This document shows positions 37,360 through 48,277 of a stretch of DNA of 64,000 bases, in pieces (position 1 is the first letter of the stretch; each line of letters begins with the position of its first letter). The translations under genes and the position numbers were made by a program. Source of the stretch: Octopus bimaculoides (taxonomy: Eukaryota); the NCBI RefSeq assembly GCF_001194135.2, contig NC_068981.1:99767484-99831483 (forward strand), written 5' to 3'. Under the pieces are notes generated by a model. That model did no database searches and was not told the origin of the DNA. It worked only from the letters and a program-made list of their open reading frames with translations.

Positions 37360-37385
37360 TAGGCACAGGCATGGCTGTAAGAAGC
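37302..37385. repeat. Perfect 26-bp inverted repeat around a (TA)n spacer
   Basis: gcttcttacagccatgcctgtgccta (37302-37327) and taggcacaggcatggctgtaagaagc (37360-37385). Confidence 0.95.
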
Positions 37386-37748
37386 TTGCTTCTCAACCAT
37401 AAGGTTACATGGTTCTGAGTTCAGTCCCACTGTGTGACACCTTGGGCAAGCATTTAATATAGCCTTGGGCCAACCAAAGCCTTGTGAGTGGATCTGGTAG
37501 ATGGAAACTGAAAGAAGCGTGACGTACATACACATGTGTGTGTGTCTTTGTGTCTGTGTTGTTCCTCACCACCACATGACAACAGGTACTGGTGTATCTA
37601 TGTCTCTGTAACTGAGTGGTTTGGTAAAAGAGACTAATAAAATAAGTATCAGGCTTTAAAAAATAAGTACTGAAGTTGATTCATTCAACTAAAAATTCTT
37701 CAAGGTGTCCCATTGTCACCACAATCTAATTTCTGAAACAAGGTAAAA
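37361..37748 (+). mobile_element. SINE family A copy
   Basis: Head with a short deletion ('ggctgtaagaag'), B-box 'gagttcagtccc', CORE-like 'caccttgggcaag', and tail. Confidence 0.8.
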
Positions 37749-38937
37749 CACACACACACACACAAATAATATACAAGTATTTGTGTATGTGTGTTTGTGT
37801 GTACATAGCTGGAAATGATGAGAATTCAGTTGTTTGATCAATGAATGACTTGCTCGTTCAGTCATAGTGTAAGTGTATGGGTATTCCACAGACACATGTC
37901 CATTTTAGGATGATCTCTTCAAGCTCAATCAGTTGGATACAGTGTGTGACAAGGCTGGACTTTTGAATTACACATAACTCATCTGATGGTTTACACTGTT
38001 TCTGTCTACCCATTTTCATACACAACCTGTGGCTACAGCAAAAAGAAAAAAAAAGAAAAACACTTGCCCAAGATGCTCCACAATGAGAAACCACAACCTC
38101 ATGATTGAGAAGGCAACGCTTTAACCATTTATCTACGTTGCAGCCTAACTTTAATTTTAAATTGTTATGCATGCATGCATATACATTAATTTATATCATC
38201 ATCATCATCACCATTTAATGCCTGTTTTCTATGCTGGCATGGGTTGGAGGGTTTGACATAAGCTGGCAAAGCTGGGTGCTGTATCAGGTACCATTGTTTG
38301 TTTTGGCATAGTTTCTTCAGCTGATGCCCTTTGTAATGCCAACCGCTTTAGAAAGTGTACTGGATGCTTTTTACATGGGACCAGAATGGGTTCCTTTTAC
38401 ATGACACCCGCACCAGTGCTGCTTTTTATGAAGCACCAACATCAGTGCTTTTTAAGTGACATCATTACTGACAATGTCGCCGAGTACCTTGCCAGACAAA
38501 AAAGACAGAAAAAGGCAAAACCCCTCCTTGAGAGGGGGGGGGNNNNNNNNNNGGGGGGGGGGGTAACAGTAGGAGGGGCTGCTTTGTGCCAGTTGAGAGA
38601 TTAAAGGTAAAGATGGACAGAGGTGTCTTGCTGTAGAGTAGGTACATGGATATCTCAGCTGGAAAGGAAAGGAGAATGAATTAGAGAGTAAAACAAGAGC
38701 TTGAGTGACTTCAGGAGTGGTGAGAGTAGGTGGAGTGATATAAGCATTTGCACTCAGTGAGTGGGCAGGAGAGAGGTGACTGTAGCAAATGATGGAGAGA
38801 TGCTGAGGGACAGGGATTGCACTAGATATGTGAAGACACTGAGTGAAATAACAAATAAGTAAGGTGTTAATGATGGATAACGGCACAGTGGAGTGGGTAG
38901 AGAAGGCTCAGAGAAGAGGTGATTAGTGGAGACCATC

Positions 38938-39102
38938 TTTAAATGATGGTCTGACCATTTGCCAAGCAAATGGGAAGCAGTAATTGAAGTAGATGGTGAA
39001 TATGCTCCGGAATAATCATTTAAAGATGTTTTTGTAACATGTTATTGCTTTTCTTGAGAAAACTTGTTGAAAAAAAGCTGCAATAATTATGCACCAACCC
39101 TA
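38938..39102 (+). mobile_element. Mariner 3' end with TIR
   Basis: DHLPSKWEAVIEVDGEYAPE* (mariner C-terminal ..LP.RW..VI...G.Y motif), then 'aattatgcaccaacccta' followed by TA. Confidence 0.7.
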
Positions 39103-40423
39103 TACATATATCTACACATATATACATACATATATCATCATCATCAACACATATACATACATACACACACACAAGACACACACACACACACATGAAGATA
39201 TATATCTATGGGTGTGTATGAAATTTACAGATCCTTTTCCAAAAGTGATAGAGAAATTAAAATTACACACGCACACACACCTACAATTGTATACATGCAT
39301 GCATACATTCATTTTACATACATACATTTTATCAACAGCTTACACTCTGGGACATTCCCATCAATCATATCTCAAATGGAGATAACAAGATTTTGACACC
39401 TTTCAGAGCCAGTGCTGAGAGGCATTGGAGCTTTTAAGTAACATGCAAATTCTTTTAGACTGCATTTGTTTACAACTGTTATTCACGCAACTACCTTATT
39501 AAAAGAGAGGTGGCTGCAAACATCCAACAATTATTTTCTTTTAAGTTTTGCAAAGGAGTAATTTTCACTCTCATCTTTCAGCCTTCTCTTATATATCGGC
39601 TGCCATATCCATAATTAAACCTTTTCTGCTTCCATCTAAATACAAATACATCCAAAGATATAAAGATATCAATATATCCATGAATACTATATAAATGTAT
39701 TACTATGTATCAAACTGTGTATGTGTGTGTGTTAGTGTGCATGTTGGCTGCAGTCCAATGATAGAATAACATAAAGAAATAAAGAATACATTTCATCATC
39801 ATCGTTTAACGTCCACTTTCCATGCTGGCAGGGGTTGGATGGTTTGACACGAGGTGGCCACATAGAGGACTACACCAGGCTACTGTGTCTGTTTTGGTAT
39901 GATTTTATGGCTGAATGTCCTTCCTAACACCAATCACCCAGCAGAGTGGACTGAGTGCTTTTTACATGTAGACATGATGTCAGTAGTTTTTATATAGAAA
40001 CACACACACGCATACATGTATAGATATATGACAAAGAATAAACAACTGTCATTACATATTCTTTTATTATAGTAAATTTGGCTTAGTCATTTCTGGTAGT
40101 CATTATAGCTTCAGTCATTGATTGGTTTACTCAATCGGTCCATTGATCGGTTGAGAAAAATTGAACAACCTAGAGAACTAATGCTACCCTCATCAGTCAT
40201 GGTATTCTGGTGAAAACCAAGCAGAACTATGACACACACACACACACAGATATATGTATTTTTTTTAAATAGTTGATCTCAAAGTAGATGATAAAGCTAT
40301 AGATAATAGCATGTAAATATTGAGTTGGAAATAATTTTCAATAAAAGAAAAGTCCAAGGTTGCCTGTAGGACTTGAACCAACACCTCCTGTAGACATGAT
40401 GTCAGCAGTTTTTATGTAGAAAG

Positions 40424-40454
<31 letters not shown>

Positions 40455-40610
40455 GGAAGGGCATCCTGGCGTTAGGAAGGGCATCCAGCTGTAGAAACTC
40501 TGCCAAATCAGACTGGAGCCTGGTGTTGCCATCCGGTTTCACCAGTCCTCAGTCAAATCGTCCAACCCATGCTAGCATAGAAAGCGGACGTTAAACGATG
40601 ATGATGATGA
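40455..40610 (+). mobile_element. Young 5'-truncated RTE-type/SINE tail ending in (GAT)n
   Basis: 'ggcgttaggaagggcatccagctgtagaaactctgcc...gcggacgttaaacgatgatgatgatgat'. Short 5' duplication of 'ggaagggcatcc' next to (TA)n. Confidence 0.8.
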
Positions 40611-40611
40611 T

Positions 40612-41095
40612 ATCATCATCATCAACATCCTCATCATCATTTCACATTCATTTTCCTTGCTGGCATACTTTGGAGTTTGACAGAGGCTGGCTAGCTGAAG
40701 AGGTGCCTGGACTCCATGTATGATTTGGCATGGCTTTTATGGCTGGATGCCATTCCTAGCACCAACCACTTTACAGTGTGTACTGAGTGCTTTTATGCAG
40801 CACCAGCACAGGTGCCCTTAAGTGGCACTGGTACGGGTTCTTTTTACAATGGCACGAGCACCCATGAGCCTGCAAGATTAAGAATGCAAAGCTGAAGAGG
40901 GATGCAGAGGACTTGCCTATATGCAAGGACAACCATGATTTTACTTAGCTTGATGTGTCTTCTCAGGCATAGCAAACTGCCAAGAATCTCGGTCTCCTGT
41001 CATCCATTCTGTGAGGCACGACATCTAAAGATTCATTCTCATCACATTGTCCCACGTCTTCTTGGAGCTACTCCTTCCACATGTTTCCTCCATAT
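40612..41095 (-). mobile_element. RTE LINE 3' end, tail-to-tail with the previous element
   Basis: Minus strand encodes EETCGRSSSKKTWDNVMRMNL..DRDSW (G.GRP.KTW..V...DR..W), then a UTR with 'gctaggaatggcatccagcc'. Shared (GAT)n-atc-(ATC)n junction. Confidence 0.7.
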
Positions 41096-41153
41096 GTGTG
41101 TGTGTGTATATATATATAGTGTGTGTGTATATATATATTATATNNNNNNNNNN

Positions 41154-41233
<80 letters not shown>

Positions 41234-41899
41234 CAGCATGTGTATTCATTCATTTGTTTATCTTTGCATCAGTTTCCGTTGAATATGTATTATCAGGATT
41301 TAGTTTTATAGCTGCATGCTGGCCCATATATGATATTTAAGTAAGAGATCTTATATTTTCACATGCCTTCAGAGGCTCAAAGAAAGCTCATAACTCACTG
41401 AGAGAAGGGACAAGAATACCAATCATAGCTGAAGACTTTCTTAGAGAGCAAATGTAAAGAATCTTACAGACAGACAGACACACACACGAAATATAGAAAG
41501 ACTGTTAGATAAATGCAGTTATAAACAAAGATACAAAGATGAATCTCTCTTTCTCACCTCCTGTTTAAATATATGTGTGCGTGTGTTGCATAAATTATGC
41601 AACTCATAATTACAACTCATTAATTTAGTCATAAATAAACAGATTTAATAAATACTTCTTGAAATATGCATTACTTTAGTTAGTATTAAAACACATAACT
41701 CCTACTAGATGTGTTGAATGCTATTTTCTTTCATTTGTCCACTCACAGTTTTGTATACATATATAGATATAAATATATAAAATGAGGCAAATTTATAGAG
41801 GGAAAAATAAAGGCAATTGCTAGAGTCCTCTTGCAGGGTTAACTTTTTATGTATAACTTGAAAATTTCAATTATATGTAATAATTTGGCTTTTATTTTT

Positions 41900-42292
41900 T
41901 ATCTGTTTCACTCATTAGACTGCAGCCATCCTGAGGCACTGCCTTTGAAAGTTTTAAATGTAAAAAAGGATCCCAGAACTTTTTTTTTTTAAAGTCTGGT
42001 ACTTATTCTATCAGCCTCTTTTTGCCTCTAAGTTATGGAGACATAAACAAACCAACACCAGTTGTCAACCTGTTGGGATGGAACAAACAATAAAAACACA
42101 AAGACAGACAGGCACACACACACCCATAGAAATGATGATTTTTTTTTTAGTTTCTGTCTATCAAATCCACTGACAAGGCTTTGGTCGACCTGGGGCTATA
42201 AAAAAAGTTGTCAGGCCCAAGGCGTCATACTGAACCAAAGACAATGTGGTTGGGAAGCAAGCTTCTTTACCACAAAACCATGTCTGTGCCTA
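41900..42292 (-). mobile_element. Older SINE family A copy
   Basis: Diverged but collinear with 11410-11992. Confidence 0.65.
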
Positions 42293-42850
42293 TGTGTAAA
42301 TTTGGTAATTTGCAGTGTATTTTCTCTTTGTACTGAAATTATAGAATAAGATATATCAATAGATTTTATCTGTCATCACATTTATGACAATTGAAATTAT
42401 TAGATACATGAGACAATTGTATGCATCTGTCATGTATATACAACTTCACTTTAGACAGTAAAAGCAAGATTGACTGGACAATCAATTCAAGTATCTTTAC
42501 ACTCTCATTAGTGAACATTCAATCCATATAAACTGTCACGAAAAAATTGTATTTAGAGTAACAGTTATTAATATTATAACTAAATCAACTAATTTATCTT
42601 TAAGGGATAAGCACCTCTACCCCATGCCAAAGTGCGAGCATCTTGGCCCATGATCTAAATCTAGCTATAAATTTAGATAAATAACTTCAGTTACTTCCTC
42701 ACACTCCAGTGTAACAAACAGGCTCTTGGGAAGGCTTAATAATAAATGATTGCACTTTATGTATGGATTGAATAAATTTTCTGTGGATTGTTACATATTA
42801 ATATACATACACGCACTTGTATGTCTAGAATGTGTATAGATGTAAAATCA

Positions 42851-43005
42851 AAGTGTACAGTATTGTATATCCATTATAGCTGATCTTACCAATCGGTTTT
42901 ACACTATGAATTCAACTAGGGAATGTTATCTAACACTCCGTTGAATCCCTACCGCAAAATCAATTAGTAAGATTGGCTGTAATGGATATATAATACTGCA
43001 CACTT
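42851..43005. mobile_element. 155-bp almost fully palindromic element (MITE-like hairpin)
   Basis: Outer arms aagtgtacagtattgtatatccattatagctgatcttac and gtaagattggctgtaatggatatataatactgcacactt. Pairing continues inward to 'ggaatgtta-tc-taacactcc'. Confidence 0.75.
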
Positions 43006-43305
43006 CAATTAATATACCCACTCAATTGACAGATATATGGACACTTAGATGACTTACACACACATACACACACACACATATCCATATGCACATGCATATA
43101 TGTATGCTTATATGTGTATGTGTGAGTGGATGTATGGGGCTTTAGGTTTTTTAGCAATCAGTCACACAGATGAGAGTGTCTAAATATTGACTAAATTGAA
43201 GTGTCCACAGAAAACATCACTGATTATGTATCTGCATGTAAGTATATGCACATCAGTGTGTTCGTGTATGTATATGTATACATATATACGTATGTGTGTA
43301 TATAA

Positions 43306-43340
<35 letters not shown>

Positions 43341-43382
43341 TGTATATATATATATATATATATATANNNNNNNNNNTGTATG

Positions 43383-43416
<34 letters not shown>

Positions 43417-43508
43417 AATATATATATGTATATATATATATATACATATATTTACATGTGTATATTTATATACATGCATATATGTATCTATCTATGTGTG
43501 AATATATA

Positions 43509-43549
<41 letters not shown>

Positions 43550-43551
<2 letters not shown>

Positions 43552-44040
43552 TCATCATCATCATCATCATCGTTTAACGTCCGCTTTCCATGCTAGCATG
43601 GGTTGGACGATTTGACTGAGGACTGGTGAAACCGGATGGCAACACCAGGCTCCAGTCTGATTTGGCAGAGTTTCTACAGCTGGATGCCCTTCCTAACGCC
43701 AACCACTCAGAGAGTGTAGTGGGTGCTTTTACGTGTCACCCGCACGAAAACGGCCACGCTCGAAATGGTGTCTTTTATGTGCCACCCGCACAAGCCAGTC
43801 CAGGGGCACTGGCAACGATCTCGCTCGAAAATCCTACAGGAGCCAGTCAGGCGGTACTGGCAACGGCCACGCTCAAAATGGTGCATCTCATGTGCCAACC
43901 GCACAAGAACCAGTCCAGGGGCACTGGCAACGATCTTACTTGGCTTGCCGGGTCTTCTCACGCACAGCCCATTTCCAAAGGTCTCGGTCCGTAGTCATCG
44001 CCTCGGTGAGGCCCAATGTACGAAGGTCTTGCCTCATGCT
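43550..44040 (-). mobile_element. Young RTE-type 3' element containing partial repeats of the 62-bp unit
   Basis: 43553-43700 is a near-perfect reverse complement of 40468-40610. 43730-43940 has three 'ccagt-N8-actggc' stem-loops. Both ends sit in (TA)n. Confidence 0.8.
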
Positions 44041-44090
44041 TGTATATATATATATATATATATATGCTTGTATATATATATATATATTTT

Positions 44091-44718
44091 CAATGTTGAA
44101 GGAAAAATGAAATGGAGAAAAAAATGGATGTATGAATAATTTATTTGTATGTTATAAGATGATGAAAATTTCTTTTAAAAACATAACTACAAATAAATTG
44201 ATTACAAATTGTAAAGCTCGGAAAAAATAAAATAAAGGAACCTACATATATGTTTCAGTCCTATCACCTAGTTGACCAGAAGTTCTAAGCATTCGGTTAA
44301 ATGCTAAGAAAGATGTCATATATGGGGTAGGACTTCTTCAGGGTTAATCATGAGCTTATGGAACTTAGGTTATCATTTTTCTTTTGAAGGATGCATACAT
44401 TTATACTTTGTATGCATACTTCAAAAGGAAAATGATAACCTAAGTTCTATAAACTCATAATTAAACCTGAAGAAGTCCTACCCCATATATGACATCTTTC
44501 TTAGCATTTAACCGAATGCTTAGAACTTCTGGTCAACTAGGTGATAGGACTGAAACATATATGTAGGTTCCTTTATTTTATTTTTTTCGAGCTTTACAAC
44601 TTGTAATCAATTTATTTGTACTGTTATCTTTTTAAAAGAAATTTTCATAATTTTATATCATACAAATAAATTATTCATACATCCATTTTTTCTCCATTTT
44701 CTTTTACCCTCAAAATTG
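44091..44718. repeat. 628-bp palindrome (foldback) with 9-nt loop
   Basis: Arms about 44091-44399 and 44409-44718. 44222-44342 is the exact reverse complement of 44466-44586 (121 bp). Loop tttatactt at 44400-44408. Confidence 0.95.
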
Positions 44719-45989
44719 ATAATATATAATTTCAATAATCCCTAACATATACCAGTGACTTTCACATTATATGATAGAGATTAATCAGNNNNNNNNNNNN
44801 NNNNNNNNNNNNNNNNNNNNNNNNNNNNNNNNNNNNNNNNNNNNNNNNNNNNNNNNNNNNNNNNNNNNNNNNNNNNNNNNNNNNNNNNNNNNNNNNNNNN
44901 NNNNNNNNNNNNNNNNNNNNNNNNNNNNNNNNNNNNNNNNNNNNNNNNNNNNNNNNNNNNNNNNNNNNNNNNNNNNNNNNNNNNNNNNNNNNNNNNNNNN
45001 NNNNNNNNNNNNNNNNNNNNNNNNNNNNNNNNNNNNNNNNNNNNNNNNNNNNNNNNNNNNNNNNNNNNNNNNNNNNNNNNNNNNNNNNNNNNNNNNNNNN
45101 NNNNNNNNNNNNNNNNNNNNNNNNNNNNNNNNNNNNNNNNNNNNNNNNNNNNNNNNNNNNNNNNNNNNNNNNNNNNNNNNNNNNNNNNNNNNNNNNNNNN
45201 NNNNNNNNNNNNNNNNNNNNNNNNNNNNNNNNNNNNNNNNNNNNNNNNNNNNNNNNNNNNNNNNNNNNNNNNNNNNNNNNNNNNNNNNNNNNNNNNNNNN
45301 NNNNNNNNNNNNNNNNNNNNNNNNNNNNNNNNNNNNNNNNNNNNNNNNNNNNNNNNNNNNNNNNNNNNNNNNNNNNNNNNNNNNNNNNNNNNNNNNNNNN
45401 NNNNNNNNNNNNNNNNNNNNNNNNNNNNNNNNNNNNNNNNNNNNNNNNNNNNNNNNNNNNNNNNNNNNNNNNNNNNNNNNNNNNNNNNNNNNNNNNNNNN
45501 NNNNNNNNNNNNNNNNNNNNNNNNNNNNNNNNNNNNNNNNNNNNNNNNNNNNNNNNNNNNNNNNNNNNNNNNNNNNNNNNNNNNNNNNNNNNNNNNNNNN
45601 NNNNNNNNNNNNNNNNNNNNNNNNNNNNNNNNNNNNNNNNNNNNNNNNNNNNNNNNNNNNNNNNNNNNNNNNNNNNNNNNNNAAAGAAGTACGTGCGAGC
45701 TTGGTGATTCCAAGAACGAAAAGAAATAGCAGCTGGATACACGTGACCAAGGCTGTGTGAAGAGAAAGAGTAGCAGAGGGAAAAGGAGGGGAGGAAGTAG
45801 AATAAAAGTGAGCAACGAGAAGTAGAGAGAGAGAGAGATAGTAGTAGTAATGGTGAGAGGCGAAGGACGAGTAACAAGAGATAGAGAGAGAGAGAAGTAG
45901 TGACAGGTAGAGGCGAAGAACAGTAGAGGGAAGAATGAGAGGGGGAGATAGAAATAGAGAGAGTCGCGTTAGAAAAATAGTTATATATA

Positions 45990-46249
45990 CTAGCAGCTAA
46001 ACCTGGTTTCACCCAGTCAGTTTGGATGATGTGGCTGTAAAAACCTGCTCTGTGTAAGCATTCGACTTGTTGGGCACACTTACGTTAAAAAACTATTTTA
46101 GAATAACTTTTTTCTGTCAAATCGCTAAAAATAACTGATCAACAACAAAAAAAAAAACCAACCAAGATTCAACCAAATCAAAAAATAAACCCAAATACTA
46201 AACGAACAAAGGTGAACCATTCCACTTCCATTGCGCGCGCACATGCACA

Positions 46250-46317
<68 letters not shown>

Positions 46318-46320
46318 TTC
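45990..46320 (+). mobile_element. Possible second Helentron/HINE-like fragment ending in a CG/CA tract
   Basis: 'tactagcagctaaacctggtttcacccagtc' resembles the ACTAG + short GC stem terminus of HINE elements. Weak evidence. Confidence 0.3.
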
Positions 46321-46716
46321 ACATACCCCACCTTTTACATACACATATATTCACAAACAGTTGAAATGCTGTTTGATTTATTTTTTCAGCATGCAATTTT
46401 CATCGTCCCACTACCAAGTATGACATCCCCGCTTCCTTCCTTATTCATCTCTCACCCCTTCCTTTCTCATTCATAAACACAAGAGTATTATTATAGTAGA
46501 TTATCTCAGTAACCATGGGAGCTATGAAAAAATACAAAGCCCAGCAACACCACCGGATCATTCTACACATCTGTGTAATCTTTCGCACAATTCCATCCAG
46601 CCATTTGACCATGAATCCCAAGACAAGAAAGAATCACCCATGTCAAATTTATATGTATAGATATATAAGTATATACACACACACACACACATATATACTC
46701 ATTAAATACATATATC

Positions 46717-46921
46717 TACACAAGAGTGTGCTGAAAAGTTTGTGGCTTTGGGTAAAAGAAAATACAGATCAGCTAAGTTTGATTTTATTCAACATATTTC
46801 CCTCTGAGATTCACACACATCAGTTTTTTTAAGCCTTGTAAAAGAACTTGGAAGGTTTAGGCCTTCAGCCAGGCCTTTCATAATACACTTAAAGCCAGGA
46901 ACTTTTCAGCACCCTCTTGTA
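46717..46921. mobile_element. Mariner-derived MITE
   Basis: Inverted termini 'caagagtgtgctgaaaagtt' and 'aacttttcagcaccctcttg', in a TA context. Confidence 0.75.
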
Positions 46922-46997
46922 TATTTATGTTCGTATATATCTATATATGTATCTATGTATGTGTATAATATATATATGCATATATACAAACATATGT

Positions 46998-47160
46998 ATC
47001 ATCATCATCATCATCATCATCGTCATTTAATGTCCGCTTTCCATGCTAGCATGGGTTGGACGGTTTGACTGAGGACTGGTGAAACCGGATGGCAACACCA
47101 GGCTCCAATCTAATTTGGCAGAATTTCTACAGCTGGATGCCCTTCCTAATGCCAACCATT
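46998..47160 (-). mobile_element. Third young copy of the (GAT)n-tailed element
   Basis: 'catcatcatcgtcatttaatgtccgctttccatgctagcatgggttggacgg...ggatgcccttcctaatgcc'. Confidence 0.8.
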
Positions 47161-47336
47161 ATATATTTATATATAATGTATTTATGTATATTTACAGATG
47201 TATACACATATACATACAGATATATACTCATTAATACATACATGTGTACATATACATATATACATACACATTTTATATGTATTCATATACATACATGTGT
47301 GTGTGTGTGTGTTTCGGTGTGTGTCTAGTATTCAGA

Positions 47337-47536
47337 GTTGATCAATTTATAGAACACAATCTAAAGTCCAGTTTATTAATCATTTTGATTTGACAGAGAT
47401 TTTAACTTTCTCCCGATCAGTTTGTTCTTTCACTTGGCTGAAGAAGCTGACAAGATCAAAACTGAAGTTCCTATCAACTCAAAAGGATAAATATATTTCA
47501 CTGTTGTTTTTGTTGTTTCTCTATAAATTGATCAAC
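47337..47536. mobile_element. ~200-bp MITE with perfect 17-bp TIR
   Basis: gttgatcaatttataga (47337-47353) and tctataaattgatcaac (47520-47536). Confidence 0.65.
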
Positions 47537-47624
47537 AACTCCAAATGTAACATACACACATATGAACACACACACACAGAGTCATGTGCGTATATAAGTA
47601 TATATGTCTGCGTGTGTATGTGTG

Positions 47625-47680
<56 letters not shown>

Positions 47681-47936
47681 TGGATAAATATATATGTGTG
47701 TATGTATAAATATCATGCACACAACACAGATACACATTTATACATATATATGCATGTTCTGATGCATACTCTGTAAAGTGATTGGCATTAGGAAGGGCAT
47801 CCAGTTGTAAAAACCATGCCAAAATAGACAGTCAAGCTTAGTGAAGTCCTCTGGCTTGCCAGCTCCTACTATACTGGAAAATGGGCATTAAATGATGATA
47901 TATGCATACACACATATATGTATGTGTATGTATATA

Positions 47937-48000
<64 letters not shown>

Positions 48001-48232
48001 AAGAGTGATGCAGATATATATGTATATATGTATACATATATAATAATATTAGGGATAGTCGTTTTATTATCTTTATCTTATGATATTTACTTTGTATTAT
48101 ATTATACTTATTTATTGTGCTTTTACTTATTAATTTTTCTATATGTGACAGTGGATTTTCATCGATGAGTTCATGAACCTTGGTTCTTTTCGCTAAAACT
48201 ATATATGTATACATATATATGTATCGTGTATG

Positions 48233-48277
<45 letters not shown>

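Noticed and set aside
38590-38935. Purine-rich or pyrimidine-rich tracts (also 14342-14600, 23220-23400, 45770-45980, 49130-49840) as possible triplex or regulatory DNA
   Set aside because: Most match the low-complexity 3' UTR seen directly after the RTE ORF (34930-35330), or are simple GA-rich repeats.
41373-41452. Possible plus-strand exon (GSKKAHNSLREGTRIPIIAEDFLREQ)
   Set aside because: Weak donor (AT|GTAAAG), no homology and no compatible partner exon.
42851-43005. Apparent G-U wobble bias in the outer arms (4 G-U versus 1 A-C), suggesting RNA-level selection
   Set aside because: The bias disappears when the inner arms are included, and the counts are too small.
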